56,762 nt of DNA, filler included, from an uncultured virus (IMG/VR IMGVR_UViG_2049941000_000078) (17 parts of one record of this genome joined end to end with filler, not necessarily neighbours in it); one strand, 5' to 3'; positions 32,200 through 43,398 are shown, numbered from the whole stretch's first letter. The notes: generated by a model not told the origin, from the sequence alone. Program-made: numbers and translations.

Positions 32200-32347
32200 A
32201 TCTCTCTCGCGCGTCTTCTTGCATGGTTCCTGACTCCGGCGGTATTCGCCAATGCAACAGCAACAGGTCGTAAGGCCGTCGGAGTTTCCCATGTCTAACG
32301 AAGACGGATAAGTAACAACGATTAACAACAAGTTGCAACAGTACGCA

Positions 32348-32652
32348 ATGTCTCTGATAACTGATAAGGTATTCTACAATGCTCTTCGCTCAAACGCCTC
32401 CATGATGGCGCAGGTTGGAGGCCGTATCGAATCGACCTCCATCCCTGTGCCTGATGAAGAGCTCGACAACACGCCCGTGCCTTACATCATCATCACCTTC
32501 GACGGCCTTCAGAATGATGGCTTTACGAAAGACAATGATTTTGAAGGTATCACCGACCGCGTGCAGATTTCCATCGAGGTGGCAGCGCAGAGCCGCGACG
32601 AGCTGGGGCAGATTATGACAGACATCCGCCAGACGGTGATCAACTATTTCGA
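32348..32652 (+). CDS. Tail completion/terminator-like protein (C-terminus at 33060..33190)
   Basis: VPYIIITFD, VQISIEV; homologous to 55339..55785. Confidence 0.65.
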
Positions 32653-33194
32653 NNNNNNNNNNTCAGAGTTGGCCAAGATGCGCGAGGCTGAGGACAAGAA
32701 CGCCAAACTGCGTGAGCTGTTGAAGGACAACGGTCAGAAGCGTGAAATCGTGCTGACCAATGACGGTAGTGCCACCAATCCTGTTGGCGTGTACTCTAAC
32801 TCAGGAGCCATCAACCTGACCATCCACGAGCTCATCCCAACCCTGCACGAAGGTCTCGACCTGCCCAGCACGCTGCGCGTGGTAACTGGTGTTACCGGCA
32901 ACGAGATTTGGCCTGTCAACGTCGACGACGTTGAGATGTGTGTTTATGGAGAATGGCTCNNNNNNNNNNNNNNNNNNNNNNNNNNNNNNNNNNNNNNNNN
33001 NNNTTAATTAATTAANNNNNNNNNNNNNNNNNNNNNNNNNNNNNNNNNNNNNNNNNNNNGGGCCACGCCTGGGACGATTACGACTACATACCGCAGAACT
33101 ACACGTTCACGGCAGGCAAAGTCAGCTACGACTCCATGAAGCCTTGCTACTATCAGACACTGACGTACAACTGCGACACAACACCCTAATAGAT

Positions 33195-33620
33195 ATGGCA
33201 ACAGTAAAAGGTCAGAATCTTCGAGTCATGGTAGGTGGCAAGTGCATAGCAATGGCCACCAGCTGCACATTCCACATCAGCGCACAGACCGAGGATTCGT
33301 CAACGAAAGACGACGCGAATTTCTGGGCCTCTAACGAGGTCACTGGTCTCTCATGGGATGCGTCTACCGATTCTTTGGTGACACTGACCGACAATGGTAC
33401 TAACGGTGAGATTCCGTCTGACCTGATGTCGCTCATCATCAACAGGACGCTGGTAACACTCACCTTCGACGTGACCAACGGGACAAACAACCGCACCGGC
33501 ACCAACTCTGTCATCAAGCGCAGCGGCTCGGCATATCTCACCGACCTGTCAGTCAGTGCGCCCAACAGACAGAACTCCACTATCACCTGCCAATTCAGCG
33601 GTAGCGGAGCCCTCTCATAG
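33195..33620 (+). CDS. Tail tube protein
   Basis: MATVKGQNLR, DSSTKDD, FSGSGALS. Confidence 0.8.
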   Translation: MATVKGQNLRVMVGGKCIAMATSCTFHISAQTEDSSTKDDANFWASNEVTGLSWDASTDSLVTLTDNGTNGEIPSDLMSLIINRTLVTLTFDVTNGTNNRTGTNSVIKRSGSAYLTDLSVSAPNRQNSTITCQFSGSGALS

Positions 33621-33643
33621 AGTCAGTATGTCCTTATATAATG

Positions 33644-33678
33644 AGCCCCGCTGCCCTTCGCGGGCGGTGGGGCTTTTT
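33644..33678 (+). terminator. Intrinsic terminator
   Basis: AGCCCCGCTGCCC-TTCGC-GGGCGGTGGGGCT followed by Ts. Confidence 0.75.
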
Positions 33679-33711
33679 GTTTAGTGTTTAGTGTTTAAAG
33701 TTTAGTGTAAA

Positions 33712-34103
33712 ATGGCAACTATCAAGGGACAGAACCTTCGAATACTTATAGGAGCGACTACAGCATCACTGAAGTGCGTGGCCGCTGCCAGCTCGTGCAC
33801 CATCCACCTGCAAACCAATCTCGGCGACACCTCAGACAAAGACACCGAGAAAGCATGGATTCAGCAGGAGCCCATCTCGCTGGCATGGGATGTCACAGTC
33901 GAGGCAATGGTCACCGACACCACGGCGACATCCGCCATCCGTCCGCAAGACCTCACCATCGGTCAGAAGTACGTCCTCAGATTCTCACAGACGGCAGAGA
34001 CGGCCAACACACAGAACCGCTCGCCGCTGACCAACGTGCTGCAACTGACGGGCACCGCCATCCTGACCGACTTCCAATATACCGGCACCAACCGACAGCC
34101 AGG
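33712..34103 (+). CDS. Tail tube protein paralog, partial
   Basis: MATIKGQNLR; contiguous with 33195..33620. Confidence 0.75.
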
Positions 34104-34275
34104 NNNNNNNNNNNNNNNNNNNNNNNNNNNNNNNNNNNNNNNNNNNNNNNNNNNNNNNNNNNNNNNNNNNNNNNNNNNNNNNNNNNNNNNNNNNNNNNNN
34201 NTGGTCGGCCAAGTTTATCGGCGACTCCGACCTGACGCAATATCACACTTAATTATTAATTATCAACAAGGAACT

Positions 34276-34635
34276 ATGAAACAAGAAAAGAAAAATCAAG
34301 TCACCATTCTCGGCGAAGAGATAGACATCCGCTTCTGCATGGCTGTCGAAATCGCCTACGAGGAAATCACGGGAGAGCAGTTCAACATCGAATCGCTTAA
34401 CTCGCAGAAGAACTCCATCGCCCTCTACATGGCCGCGATACTCACCGCCAAGCCAGACACAGAGATCACCGTAGACCGACTGCTGAAGGAAGCCAGCGGA
34501 CAAGAAATCGTCCACGTAGCAACCGCCGTCGTCAATTCCATGACAGAGTGGATGCGGATGCCCACCATCATACCTGACGACGAGCCACAGCCTGAAGACG
34601 ATGAAGAGGCGGAAGGGGACAAGCAAAAAAACTGA
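34276..34635 (+). CDS. Tail assembly chaperone with putative -1 slippery site
   Basis: VTILGEEIDIRFCM..EIAYEEITG; ends A AAA AAC TGA. Confidence 0.7.
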   Translation: MKQEKKNQVTILGEEIDIRFCMAVEIAYEEITGEQFNIESLNSQKNSIALYMAAILTAKPDTEITVDRLLKEASGQEIVHVATAVVNSMTEWMRMPTIIPDDEPQPEDDEEAEGDKQKN

Positions 34636-34707
34636 AATNNNNNNNNNNCTCACAAGCCGACACCATCCCATAAGTAAACCCCCGACCAACAATCGGGGGA
34701 TTATTGT

Positions 34708-35331
34708 ATGGGTGTATATTCTAACAATCCAGACTATTGGAAAGGGAGCCGGTCATCAAGCAGTAATACTGAAAGAAATGGCGACGTGGTTGTTTCGGGA
34801 TTCAAGGAAAATTCCGAAACGCTTGGCCGTCTGATGACCAAAGACCCATATATGGCTCAGGAAATGAAAACGTTCATCCGAAAAGCCCTGAAGGAAGCCA
34901 GAAAAAACCTGTCGAAGGATGCTGCAAACTATATGAATAGTGACCCGCGAAAAGCAGCACGAGCTGTCAAATATGCCGTGTATAAAAGTCTCTTCGGTGG
35001 TAATCTGAGCATTTTGGCAAAGCGTAGGGCCGGTACACCTTCAAGCTATGTGCGCCCCCATACGCTGAGTCCTGGTCAGCGTGGAGGAAACCGCATAAAG
35101 AGAGAGGATGATGACCGCAATCGTCTTGACAAATACTTCGGCGCAGATCGTGGATTCATCCTGAGATTTATATCAAGCGGAACAGAGGAGCGTGAATCAA
35201 GGTATGGAAAGCGCGGAAGCATCCGCCAAACAGATTGGTTCGGACATACAGCACCGTGGCAGTTGGAATCGGCTGCCGAAAAAGTGGCTGAAGCAATAAA
35301 TGAATATGTAAAACAACAGACAAATGGCTAA
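34708..35331 (+). CDS. Tail/neck component (HK97 gp10-like)
   Basis: Basic protein immediately before the tape measure; preceded by the GTAAACC motif at 34674. Confidence 0.55.
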   Translation: MGVYSNNPDYWKGSRSSSSNTERNGDVVVSGFKENSETLGRLMTKDPYMAQEMKTFIRKALKEARKNLSKDAANYMNSDPRKAARAVKYAVYKSLFGGNLSILAKRRAGTPSSYVRPHTLSPGQRGGNRIKREDDDRNRLDKYFGADRGFILRFISSGTEERESRYGKRGSIRQTDWFGHTAPWQLESAAEKVAEAINEYVKQQTNG

Positions 35332-36686
35332 AAGTGATGTACTTGTCCGCATGAAAGCGGACACCAGTGGATATGATGCCAATATAGCGAAGGCACGCAG
35401 GCAACTCGACCAGTTCAAACAAGACAACCTCACACTTGGAGGAGTCTTAAAACAAACAACTGGCAGCATTGTCACCGCCGCTGCTAAATACGCATCGTTT
35501 GCAGCCGTTCTTGGTACGGTAGCAAATGGTTTCCAAAATGTAATATCCGAAGGTTCAAGAATGGCGAAAGAGATGGAAGGTGTCAAAATGGCATTTGACA
35601 GACTCAATCAGCCAGGGCTTCTTGATGGTCTAAGACAAGCTACACATAACACGGTCAATGACCTGGAGCTGATGAAGAATGCCGTAAAATTTGATAATTT
35701 CGGATTGTCTTTGGAGCAGATGGGAACATTCCTTGCCTTTGCACAGCAGCAGGCAAAAGACACCGGCCAGTCCGTTGAATATCTTGTGGATTCTATTGTA
35801 ACTGGTCTCGGAAGAAAGTCTTTGCCAATTCTTGACAACCTTGGACTTTCAGCCACGGAAATCAGAGAAAGAATGGCTGAGACAGGCGACATGACAAAAG
35901 CAGTCGCAGACATCATCAAAGACAGAATGGATAAGGCTGGTGGTTATATCGAGACCGCATCCGACCGTGCTGCACAAGCGCAGGTGAAGCTCGACAATGC
36001 AATGACAGAGCTAGGAAATACATTCAACACACTTACTGGTTCGGCTGCATCTTTATGGACCGAGTTAGAAGTAGGAGCTGTCAATCTCTTGAACACAGCC
36101 ATCAAACCATTGATTGCAGCATTCAACTCGCTGGTGAAGTATATTAACGGGCAGTCAACTGAAGACATCATCACTAATTCCTTAACAGATGTCACTGATA
36201 CCGTCGATGATAATGGAAAATTAATCAGAAAGAATGCAATCCAAGGCATTCCAGAAATTACCGTCACAGGTTCTAAAAACAAAGTAAAACCTAAAAAGGT
36301 AAATACTAAAAATACAAAGCCTACGCCGGAGGTCCCAAAGCACGAATTGGCAGCGGTTGACGTTGGTGCGATGACGCTCGGACAGCTGGCACCTGAGCCG
36401 ATACCCATCAAGTTCGACGTTGACATGTCGGGGCTGACTGCCCTGCAAATGTTGGAGGCGCAACTTGAAAACCTCAAAGAACAACAGGAAGCCTTCGGCG
36501 GTGTGTCGTCCGAGGTATGGCAGCACTATCAGGAATTAATCAATCAGGCACAGGCCAAGATTGACGAGTTCAAGGGCAAGACACCAGTAAAGAACCTCGA
36601 AGAGGATGCCGACGGCACGGCCAAGGCTTTCGGGAAGGCTGCCAGTGCCATCAGCAGCGTTGGCTCTGCGATGTCTCAAATCGAAG
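35324..36686 (+). CDS. Tape measure protein, N-terminal part
   Basis: VRMKADTSGY start, GLGRKSLPILDNLG, Ala-rich helical sequence; C-terminal part at 39476..39867. Confidence 0.85.
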
Positions 36687-37052
36687 NNNNNNNNNNNNNN
36701 NNNNNNNNNNNNNNNNNNNNNNNNNNNNNNNNNNNNNNNNNNNNNNNNNNNNNNNNNNNNNNNNNNNNNNNNNNNNNNNNNNNNNNNNNNNNNNNNNNNN
36801 NNNNNNNNNNNNNNNNNNNNNNNNNNNNNNNNNNNNNNNNNNNNNNNNNNNNNNNNNNNNNNNNNNNNNNNNNNNNNNNNNNNNNNNNNNNNNNNNNNNN
36901 NNNNNNNNNNNNNNNNNNNNNNNNNNNNNNNNNNNNNNNGGCCGTCGCACTGGTCGCGGAGAGTACGTCACCACCAACTTCCAGCGCGGGTAAACCTTCA
37001 GCGCAGATGTGTCGGTATAGCAAAGGAATTGAGTTTATATAACAACATAGAT

Positions 37053-38948
37053 ATGGCAAAACGCTGGACTATACCGTTCTATTCTCAAAATGGCAAATAC
37101 TGCCATGTTGATATTTACGACCGAGACTACAGCGGCTCGACCGTAACAACATTGCAGGGAGCCGACATTCCGTTTGAATTTGAGGAAAATAATGATGAAG
37201 ACTTACTGAGCGTCATCAGATACAGAACTGGTTATATCCGTGTCATTGAGCTTAACAGCAGCGACCCAAACTATATTGACCTAAGCGGACTTTATCCGAA
37301 AGACGATACGTCGCATTATGTGGAGTTCTATTATGACAGCACAAAGATGTTTGTCGGTTATATCAGGCCAGAAGAATTTGATGATGCTTGGATAGCAGGG
37401 CCTCGTGAAATTAATCTGCCAGTAACATCTCCTATGGGACTTCTTGAAAGCAAGAAATTTGATGCTAAAGTCAGTCCGGGGTATTACACGCTTGGAGAAT
37501 TGTTATATGAGGTCATCACAGGGTTAGGATATAATTATCCGCTTATAGCGTTTCCTGACACGTCAAACGTCGACTTTAAAGGAGAAATTCATTCATTGGT
37601 TATCAGTCCGTACAATTCAGATTTCAGTCAACTGAGCGGCACTGTCACCTCCCTCTTCAAGCCTGTTACATACCAAGACTTTGTGGAAGGTATATGCAAC
37701 GCTTTTGGATTTATCCTACATGATATGCCTGAAGGATTGATTTTTACTCAATTCGCATGGACTGGCTCTTATGTCAAATATGCACTAAGCGACTTGCGTT
37801 ATCAGACAAACAAATCGTCTACTGGTTACAATGGAGGCACGATGTCATATATTGATACCGACTTCAAACTTGCTGATGCAAATGCAACCATATCTATCGT
37901 CAATCCTTATCGAGAGATAACGTACAACTTCCAAGGCGAATATCCTTCGAGTGTACCATTCCCTTTTGAAAGATGTCTTTATAATGGGAAAGAGCATACG
38001 ACACAGGCTGCTCCAGATACACGGTCTTATGTCGCATGGCTGAAGAAGATAGGTAATGACATATCCGGCTCTTATTTGCTCGATTCAAATACACTTGCTT
38101 CCGATGGAGCACTGAGTGGTTCTAAAGGTATTATGATTACGGTCAGCGGAGGGTACGACACCATCAACAACAGACTGATCATCAAGAATAATTCCAGCTG
38201 GAGTGGTAATACAGAACTCATGCAGTTCACTATACATAACCACCCATTCGGGGAATGCAAGATAAGAATGACCATTACTTCAGGTAACNNNNNNNNNNTC
38301 AATGCCCTAAAAAACATTGATACAGAAAATCATTATGCTGTCTATATGAAGGTTCAGGTCGGCAACCTATGGTATCATTACATTGACGAGGATCACGGGT
38401 TTGAATGGTCAAGCAGTCAGAGTTCATCAATTGCTGTAAACACTTCCTCTGGCGATGATGTTACTCTTATTGACGTTCCGAAATACGGTGCAATGATTAT
38501 CCATATATATCCTGCTACAAAAGTAGAAACGCCAGCACTTGATGACGGCGCACTCGTAGGTATTGCAAATCCGTCCATTGAGCAGGTCAGCCATTCATAT
38601 AACGAATTAGGAACTGAAGATAAGAGCACAAAAACTGTCAGTCTGTATAACGTTGTATCAAATAAGACCGGAAGCGTTGATTGTCTTTTCTCATTCGACG
38701 AAAGGTCAAAGTTCAATCAAATTAAAACGTCTTTATTAGCACCTTCAATCAGTTATGGACCGTATTTCGTAGTACAGCAGAGATTAGTCGCAAAATTCAA
38801 ACACTATATCTATCCAGGATATGCCGCATATATCTACAAATGGTATTTCTGGAATCTTAGTTATCGCTGGAGAATAATGGCAATGTCTTTCAATCCGCGT
38901 GATGATGAATGGACGTTGACTCTGCACAGAAGCTCAACAATCGAATAA
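37053..38948 (+). CDS. Tail tip/distal tail structural protein
   Basis: Long aromatic-rich ORF after the TMP; preceded by the GTAAACC motif at 36990; probable allele start at 12620. Confidence 0.65.
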   Translation: MAKRWTIPFYSQNGKYCHVDIYDRDYSGSTVTTLQGADIPFEFEENNDEDLLSVIRYRTGYIRVIELNSSDPNYIDLSGLYPKDDTSHYVEFYYDSTKMFVGYIRPEEFDDAWIAGPREINLPVTSPMGLLESKKFDAKVSPGYYTLGELLYEVITGLGYNYPLIAFPDTSNVDFKGEIHSLVISPYNSDFSQLSGTVTSLFKPVTYQDFVEGICNAFGFILHDMPEGLIFTQFAWTGSYVKYALSDLRYQTNKSSTGYNGGTMSYIDTDFKLADANATISIVNPYREITYNFQGEYPSSVPFPFERCLYNGKEHTTQAAPDTRSYVAWLKKIGNDISGSYLLDSNTLASDGALSGSKGIMITVSGGYDTINNRLIIKNNSSWSGNTELMQFTIHNHPFGECKIRMTITSGNXXXXNALKNIDTENHYAVYMKVQVGNLWYHYIDEDHGFEWSSSQSSSIAVNTSSGDDVTLIDVPKYGAMIIHIYPATKVETPALDDGALVGIANPSIEQVSHSYNELGTEDKSTKTVSLYNVVSNKTGSVDCLFSFDERSKFNQIKTSLLAPSISYGPYFVVQQRLVAKFKHYIYPGYAAYIYKWYFWNLSYRWRIMAMSFNPRDDEWTLTLHRSSTIE

Positions 38949-38960
38949 AACATAGAAATT

Positions 38961-39359
38961 ATGGCAACGAACGGAAATAATATCATCGTATATTGGAAGA
39001 TAAACAGCACATGGACGGCGATTGCAGCCACGAAGTCTAACGAGATACAGACAGGATGCGAGACCATAGAGGTGAGTGACCCGTCGCAAGGCGTATGGCG
39101 CAAATTCATAGCCGGGCGCAAAGAATGGTCGGTGAGCGTCAATTTCCTCGTACTGAACGTTGGAAGCGGAAACGCAAGCGTGCAGGACTTGGTGAAGGTA
39201 GGCAACACCTACGATCTGCAATTTTCTGCAAACGACGCAAATCACACGGGAGGTGTCTCAGGCTCTGCGATACTGACTCAGTGCAAAATCACCGCCACAC
39301 GCGGAAACCTCGCCGTCGGCTCATTTACTTTTAAGGGCATCACGGCTCTGACGACCTAA
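38961..39359 (+). CDS. Tail tube-like protein paralog
   Basis: WRKFIAGRKEWSVS, GSAILTQC, SFTFKG. Confidence 0.7.
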   Translation: MATNGNNIIVYWKINSTWTAIAATKSNEIQTGCETIEVSDPSQGVWRKFIAGRKEWSVSVNFLVLNVGSGNASVQDLVKVGNTYDLQFSANDANHTGGVSGSAILTQCKITATRGNLAVGSFTFKGITALTT

Positions 39360-39475
39360 CAGTTTTTTATTATAGATAATAATATTGTTAAAAGGTTTTT
39401 AGTTATAGGTAATATGTTAGTAATGACTTGGGGGAGCAGCGGCTCCCCCGTTTTTTTCCATTCTGNNNNNNNNNN

Positions 39476-39867
39476 ATGTCGCAAATCGAAGACCCGACGG
39501 CGAAGATACTCGGCATGATAGCCGAGGCCATCGCCACCATTGCGCTCGGCTTCTCGCAGGCCATCGGAAAGGACATCGGTAAAAATGGTAACGTCTGGTA
39601 TGCTATCGCTGCCGCTGCTGCGGGTGTCGCCAGCATGATCACCACCATCTCAGCCATCCATTCGGCGACGGGTTATGCACAAGGCGGTGTCATCGATGGC
39701 ACGCACTACTCTGGAGATATGGAATACGCTCGCGTGAATGCAGGCGAAACCATCCTGACGCGGGCACAGGCTGGAAATCTCGTTTCGCAGCTCGAAGGCG
39801 GTGGCTTGCAGAACCTCCGGCTGTCTGCGACCATCAGCGGCGAGCAGATACGTCTTGCGCTCAACAA
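39476..39867 (+). CDS. Tape measure protein, C-terminal fragment
   Basis: GYAQGGVI...ARVNAGE; MSQIE overlaps the end of fragment 36686. Confidence 0.8.
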
Positions 39868-40381
39868 NNNNNNNNNNNNNNNNNNNNNNNNNNNNNNNNN
39901 NNNNNNNNNNNNNNNNNNNNNNNNNNNNNNNNNNNNNNNNNNNNNNNNNNNNNNNNNNNNNNNNNNNNNNNNNNNNNNNNNNNNNNNNNNNNNNNNNNNN
40001 NNNNNNNNNNNNNNNNNNNNNNNNNNNNNNNNNNNNNNNNNNNNNNNNNNNNNNNNNNNNNNNNNNNNNNNNNNNNNNNNNNNNNNNNNNNNNNNNNNNN
40101 NNNNNNNNNNNNNNNNNNNNNNNNNNNNNNNNNNNNNNNNNNNNNNNNNNNNNNNNNNNNNNNNNNNNNNNNNNNNNNNNNNNNNNNNNNNNNNNNNNNN
40201 NNNNNNNNNNNNNNNNNNNNNNNNNNNNNNNNNNNNNNNNNNNNNNNNNNNNNNNNNNNNNNNNNNNNNNNNNNNNNNNNNNNNNNNNNNNNNNNNNNNN
40301 NNNNNNNNNNNNNNNNNNNNNNNNNNNNNNNNNNNNNNNNNNNNNNNNNNNNNNNNNNNNNNNNNNGTGATAGACATATTT

Positions 40382-40453
40382 GGAAGGATGGCCGAGAGGC
40401 AAGGCAAGGTAGCGCACAGCACCAAAAGGTGGGTTCGAGTCCCATTCCTTCCG
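40382..40453 (+). tRNA. tRNA-like gene with irregular anticodon arm (possibly degenerate tRNA-Cys)
   Basis: Acceptor GGAAGGA/TCCTTCC, T8, D-arm GCC..GG..GGC, T-arm GTGGG-TTCGAGT-CCCAT; anticodon arm bulged. Confidence 0.6.
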
Positions 40454-40826
40454 CAAACCCCGGAAAAGCGCAAGCGAACGGACGGCTCTAACTACAGGGA
40501 AGTCGGAGGCAGGGAAGTAGCACCGAGTAGCCATAGTCATTGACGAGTGCTGATGCAAAAGGTGGATGGGATGCTCGAAAGCACGCAGATAGCCAAAAGC
40601 TAATATGTAAGAGTGCGGAGCGGACAAAGGACTCTAATGCGGCCACCATGCCTATATGGTGCGTGAAGNNNNNNNNNNAGACCCGCATGGCGTGGAACAC
40701 TCACAGGGATGGCTCTATCCGCTGCACGAGATTCTGGAGATGGTAGAAGACGGAAGAATTAAAGAATTGAGGGAAAATTAATACTCGATAGAGCGTGGAG
40801 GAAACCGCATAAAGAGNNNNNNNNNN

Positions 40827-41238
40827 CTTCTATCCTTTTTTCTTTCTCTACAAGTTGAAAACGAAGGTCGGCCATTTGAGACTTCAGTGTGGCAATCAAT
40901 TCTTCTTTCAATAATTCTTCACGGCTCGTTTGCCGAATTTCATCACAAGCATCCTTAGCTTCTTTCAGTGCTTGATTCATCTTTGCTTCAGACTCTTCGC
41001 GTTTGGTCTTATAAGGACTTCGGCCATAAAAGAACTCTTGGTTCAGTTGATCAAAGGCTTCACAGAGTTTGCTGATCGTTTTGTCGCCAACATTGACATC
41101 TCCATTTTTTATCTTGGATATGCAACTTCTGCCGAGTTTAGCTTTCTCGACGATAAATTCCTGTGTATATCCGTATTCACTTTTAAGGAATCGGATAATT
41201 TCAAGGAAATAGCCATTGATTTCTTCTTGTTTTACTAT
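40827..41238 (-). CDS. XRE-family HTH repressor (CI-like) with non-canonical start, 3' end in gap
   Basis: Manual translation IVKQEEINGYFLEIIRFLKSEYGYTQEFIVEKAKLGRSCISKIKNGDVNVGDKTISKLCEAF.. in frame with 40759..40980; in-frame stop at 41244-41242. Confidence 0.7.
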
Positions 41239-41319
41239 AATTTACCGTCATTTACTTTAAAAGAAGTTAAAATTTACCACATTTTACCACGATTTACCTC
41301 GTGCTTTGAAAATTGTTTG

Positions 41320-41327
41320 TATATTTG
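41320..41327 (+). promoter_or_regulatory. Bacteroidetes -7 box, rightward promoter
   Basis: TATATTTG(CA). Confidence 0.6.
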
Positions 41328-41410
41328 CACCCAAGAAAGTAACAAACTAACAAGGGCACAGAAATAGCCGTCGGACGTGTGACACGCCTTTGCTAAATAG
41401 AGTTGGATTG

Positions 41411-41418
41411 CAAATATA
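41411..41418 (-). promoter_or_regulatory. Bacteroidetes -7 box, leftward promoter
   Basis: CAAATATA on plus = TATATTTG(CA) on minus. Confidence 0.55.
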
Positions 41419-41478
41419 CGGCTTTTTCTCCCTTGTTGTAACAAAGTAACTAATTATTTAAGAAAATTTAGGTGAATT

Positions 41479-41700
41479 ATGGTAAAAGACAAGGTAACAA
41501 AGGAAGATTTGATGAGGTTTGCCGTTGGCGACCAGAAGACCTTCACGCTGCCTAATTGGGATAAAGCTAAAAGTGCTTCTGTCTATGCTTACCAGGCCAA
41601 GAACCGTCAGGAAACATACGGTTGGAAGTTTAAGGCCGTTATCGGTGATCCCGTTGAAGGTTCTATGCAGCGCAGTATAACCATCACAAGACTTTCGTAG
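41479..41700 (+). CDS. Small DNA-binding protein (cro-position gene)
   Basis: First gene divergent from the repressor; 73 aa, basic. Confidence 0.55.
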   Translation: MVKDKVTKEDLMRFAVGDQKTFTLPNWDKAKSASVYAYQAKNRQETYGWKFKAVIGDPVEGSMQRSITITRLS

Positions 41701-41850
41701 TTATGAGCGAGAAGATACTGGAGGCGAAGATTGTGGCGGCGGGGAGCAAGGCCATGCGAANNNNNNNNNNCGGCGCGGTGATAGTATTCATACTTTTTGC
41801 CGCTGCCGCAGTATGGGACGCAGTGATGCACTGGATTTCTGGATGCTGAT

Positions 41851-42255
41851 ATGTACGACGACAACGGTCAAGAGCTATTCGGACGCGATTGGAGGTATCG
41901 CCCTCCAATGACGGTCTTATTGCCTGCAAAGTTTAGTTACGAGGTCAGAACAGACAGCCGAGATCACGACGGCCTTCGCACATCCAGGATTATAGAACTT
42001 CAGCCGTTTGTGGATTTATTCGACTGCCCTGCTGCCATCGGTGGTGACTATATGTTCATGGCTGGCGGGTGGAGATACGTCTTGCCGACGTGGAGCATCG
42101 GGCGCATTGAGGTAGACATATTTACAGAGAATTATCTGTTATTGCCTGAAGATAAGCATCGGTGCGAAGTCTACGACCGCCTTAATAAAGCGGGGTACTA
42201 CTATCAAATTATAGGAGAAAGGGAATTTATCAACATCAAAAGAACTCAGCAATGA
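41851..42255 (+). CDS. Hypothetical protein
   Basis: Packed early operon with 42252..42491 and 42498..42830. Confidence 0.5.
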   Translation: MYDDNGQELFGRDWRYRPPMTVLLPAKFSYEVRTDSRDHDGLRTSRIIELQPFVDLFDCPAAIGGDYMFMAGGWRYVLPTWSIGRIEVDIFTENYLLLPEDKHRCEVYDRLNKAGYYYQIIGEREFINIKRTQQ

Positions 42256-42834
42256 AGATAAGGTTAGCACATAACGCCACCACCTTCGATGGTGGCATGG
42301 AGATAAGCCCCGAGGAAATCGGCGGCAAAATGTGTATTAATAGAGTGCAACAGTTATTTAAGGCCGGAATGGATATAGCAACAGATGTGCTCAAAAAGTA
42401 CCCAGAAATCAAACAGGTGACGCTCGACACTATGACAGACGAAGAGCGAAACTTGATTGAAATAGCAACATCATGTAAAAATAAAAATTAGAAGAAAATG
42501 AAAAAGATTGAAATGTCATCGACAGGCGTGTACATGATAGACGGCTTGTTCTTAGAGTTGCTGGGTCAGAAGTTCAGACTCAACGACTGGGTTTATTCAA
42601 GTTTCGAAAACGTAGACCCAAAGCGACTTGTGGCTGTTGTCAGACAGCACGATTTTCAGTACGGTGAGACATCCGTCGGTTATGTTTGGAAGTTCGAGGC
42701 CGATAAGGAAGGTATTGTATCTGGTAATATTCGGCTCGGCATGAGCGACGAGGGCGATGGGAGTTATACACCAATCCACACATCAGAGATTATTGGCTGG
42801 TGCTATTTAGACGAACCTGTAAATAAATAATGTT

Positions 42835-43284
42835 ATGGAAATAACAGGTATATTAATGCGAAAGCTGGGCGAGCGCGAAGGCGTAAGCCAGCGCAATGGT
42901 CAGCCGTGGAAGACGGCAGAGTTCTTGGTTGATATACCGGGGCAATATCCGCGTCACATCAACTTTTCGGTGCGCGATGGTCAGGTAGGACGTATCGCAC
43001 GGTTTGAGTCGATGATCGGCAAAACGGTCACAGTCAGTTTTGATATTGATGCCCATGAGTACGAAGGCCGTTGGTATAATGAACTCGGAGCATGGGGCGT
43101 GATGGAATATGTCGCAGGCCGACAGATACCGCAGACGACCGTAGCACCACAGCCACAGCAGGACGGTGGCACTGGTGCGCCCACATATGCTGCATCACCA
43201 ACGACTTGCGAATCACCGTCACCGCAGCCGAAAGGCAGTAGCGATGCTAATCAGGAAGGAGGCGGCGATGATCTCCCGTTCTGA
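42835..43284 (+). CDS. DUF3127 SSB-like protein
   Basis: MEITG...GVSQRNGQPWK...VSFDIDAHEYEGRWYN; acidic tail DDLPF. Confidence 0.85.
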   Translation: MEITGILMRKLGEREGVSQRNGQPWKTAEFLVDIPGQYPRHINFSVRDGQVGRIARFESMIGKTVTVSFDIDAHEYEGRWYNELGAWGVMEYVAGRQIPQTTVAPQPQQDGGTGAPTYAASPTTCESPSPQPKGSSDANQEGGGDDLPF

Positions 43285-43398
43285 TAACAAATTCTTCCCT
43301 GAGAGCCGTCCGACAGGATGGCCTCAGAGAAGTTTCCCGAACCAGTCGAACCATCTGCCTAATCGCATCTGGCGAAAGCAATCTAAATAAGTAGGACT

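Noticed and set aside
40930..41367. Plus-strand 145-aa ORF
   Set aside because: Antisense shadow of the HTH repressor on the minus strand.
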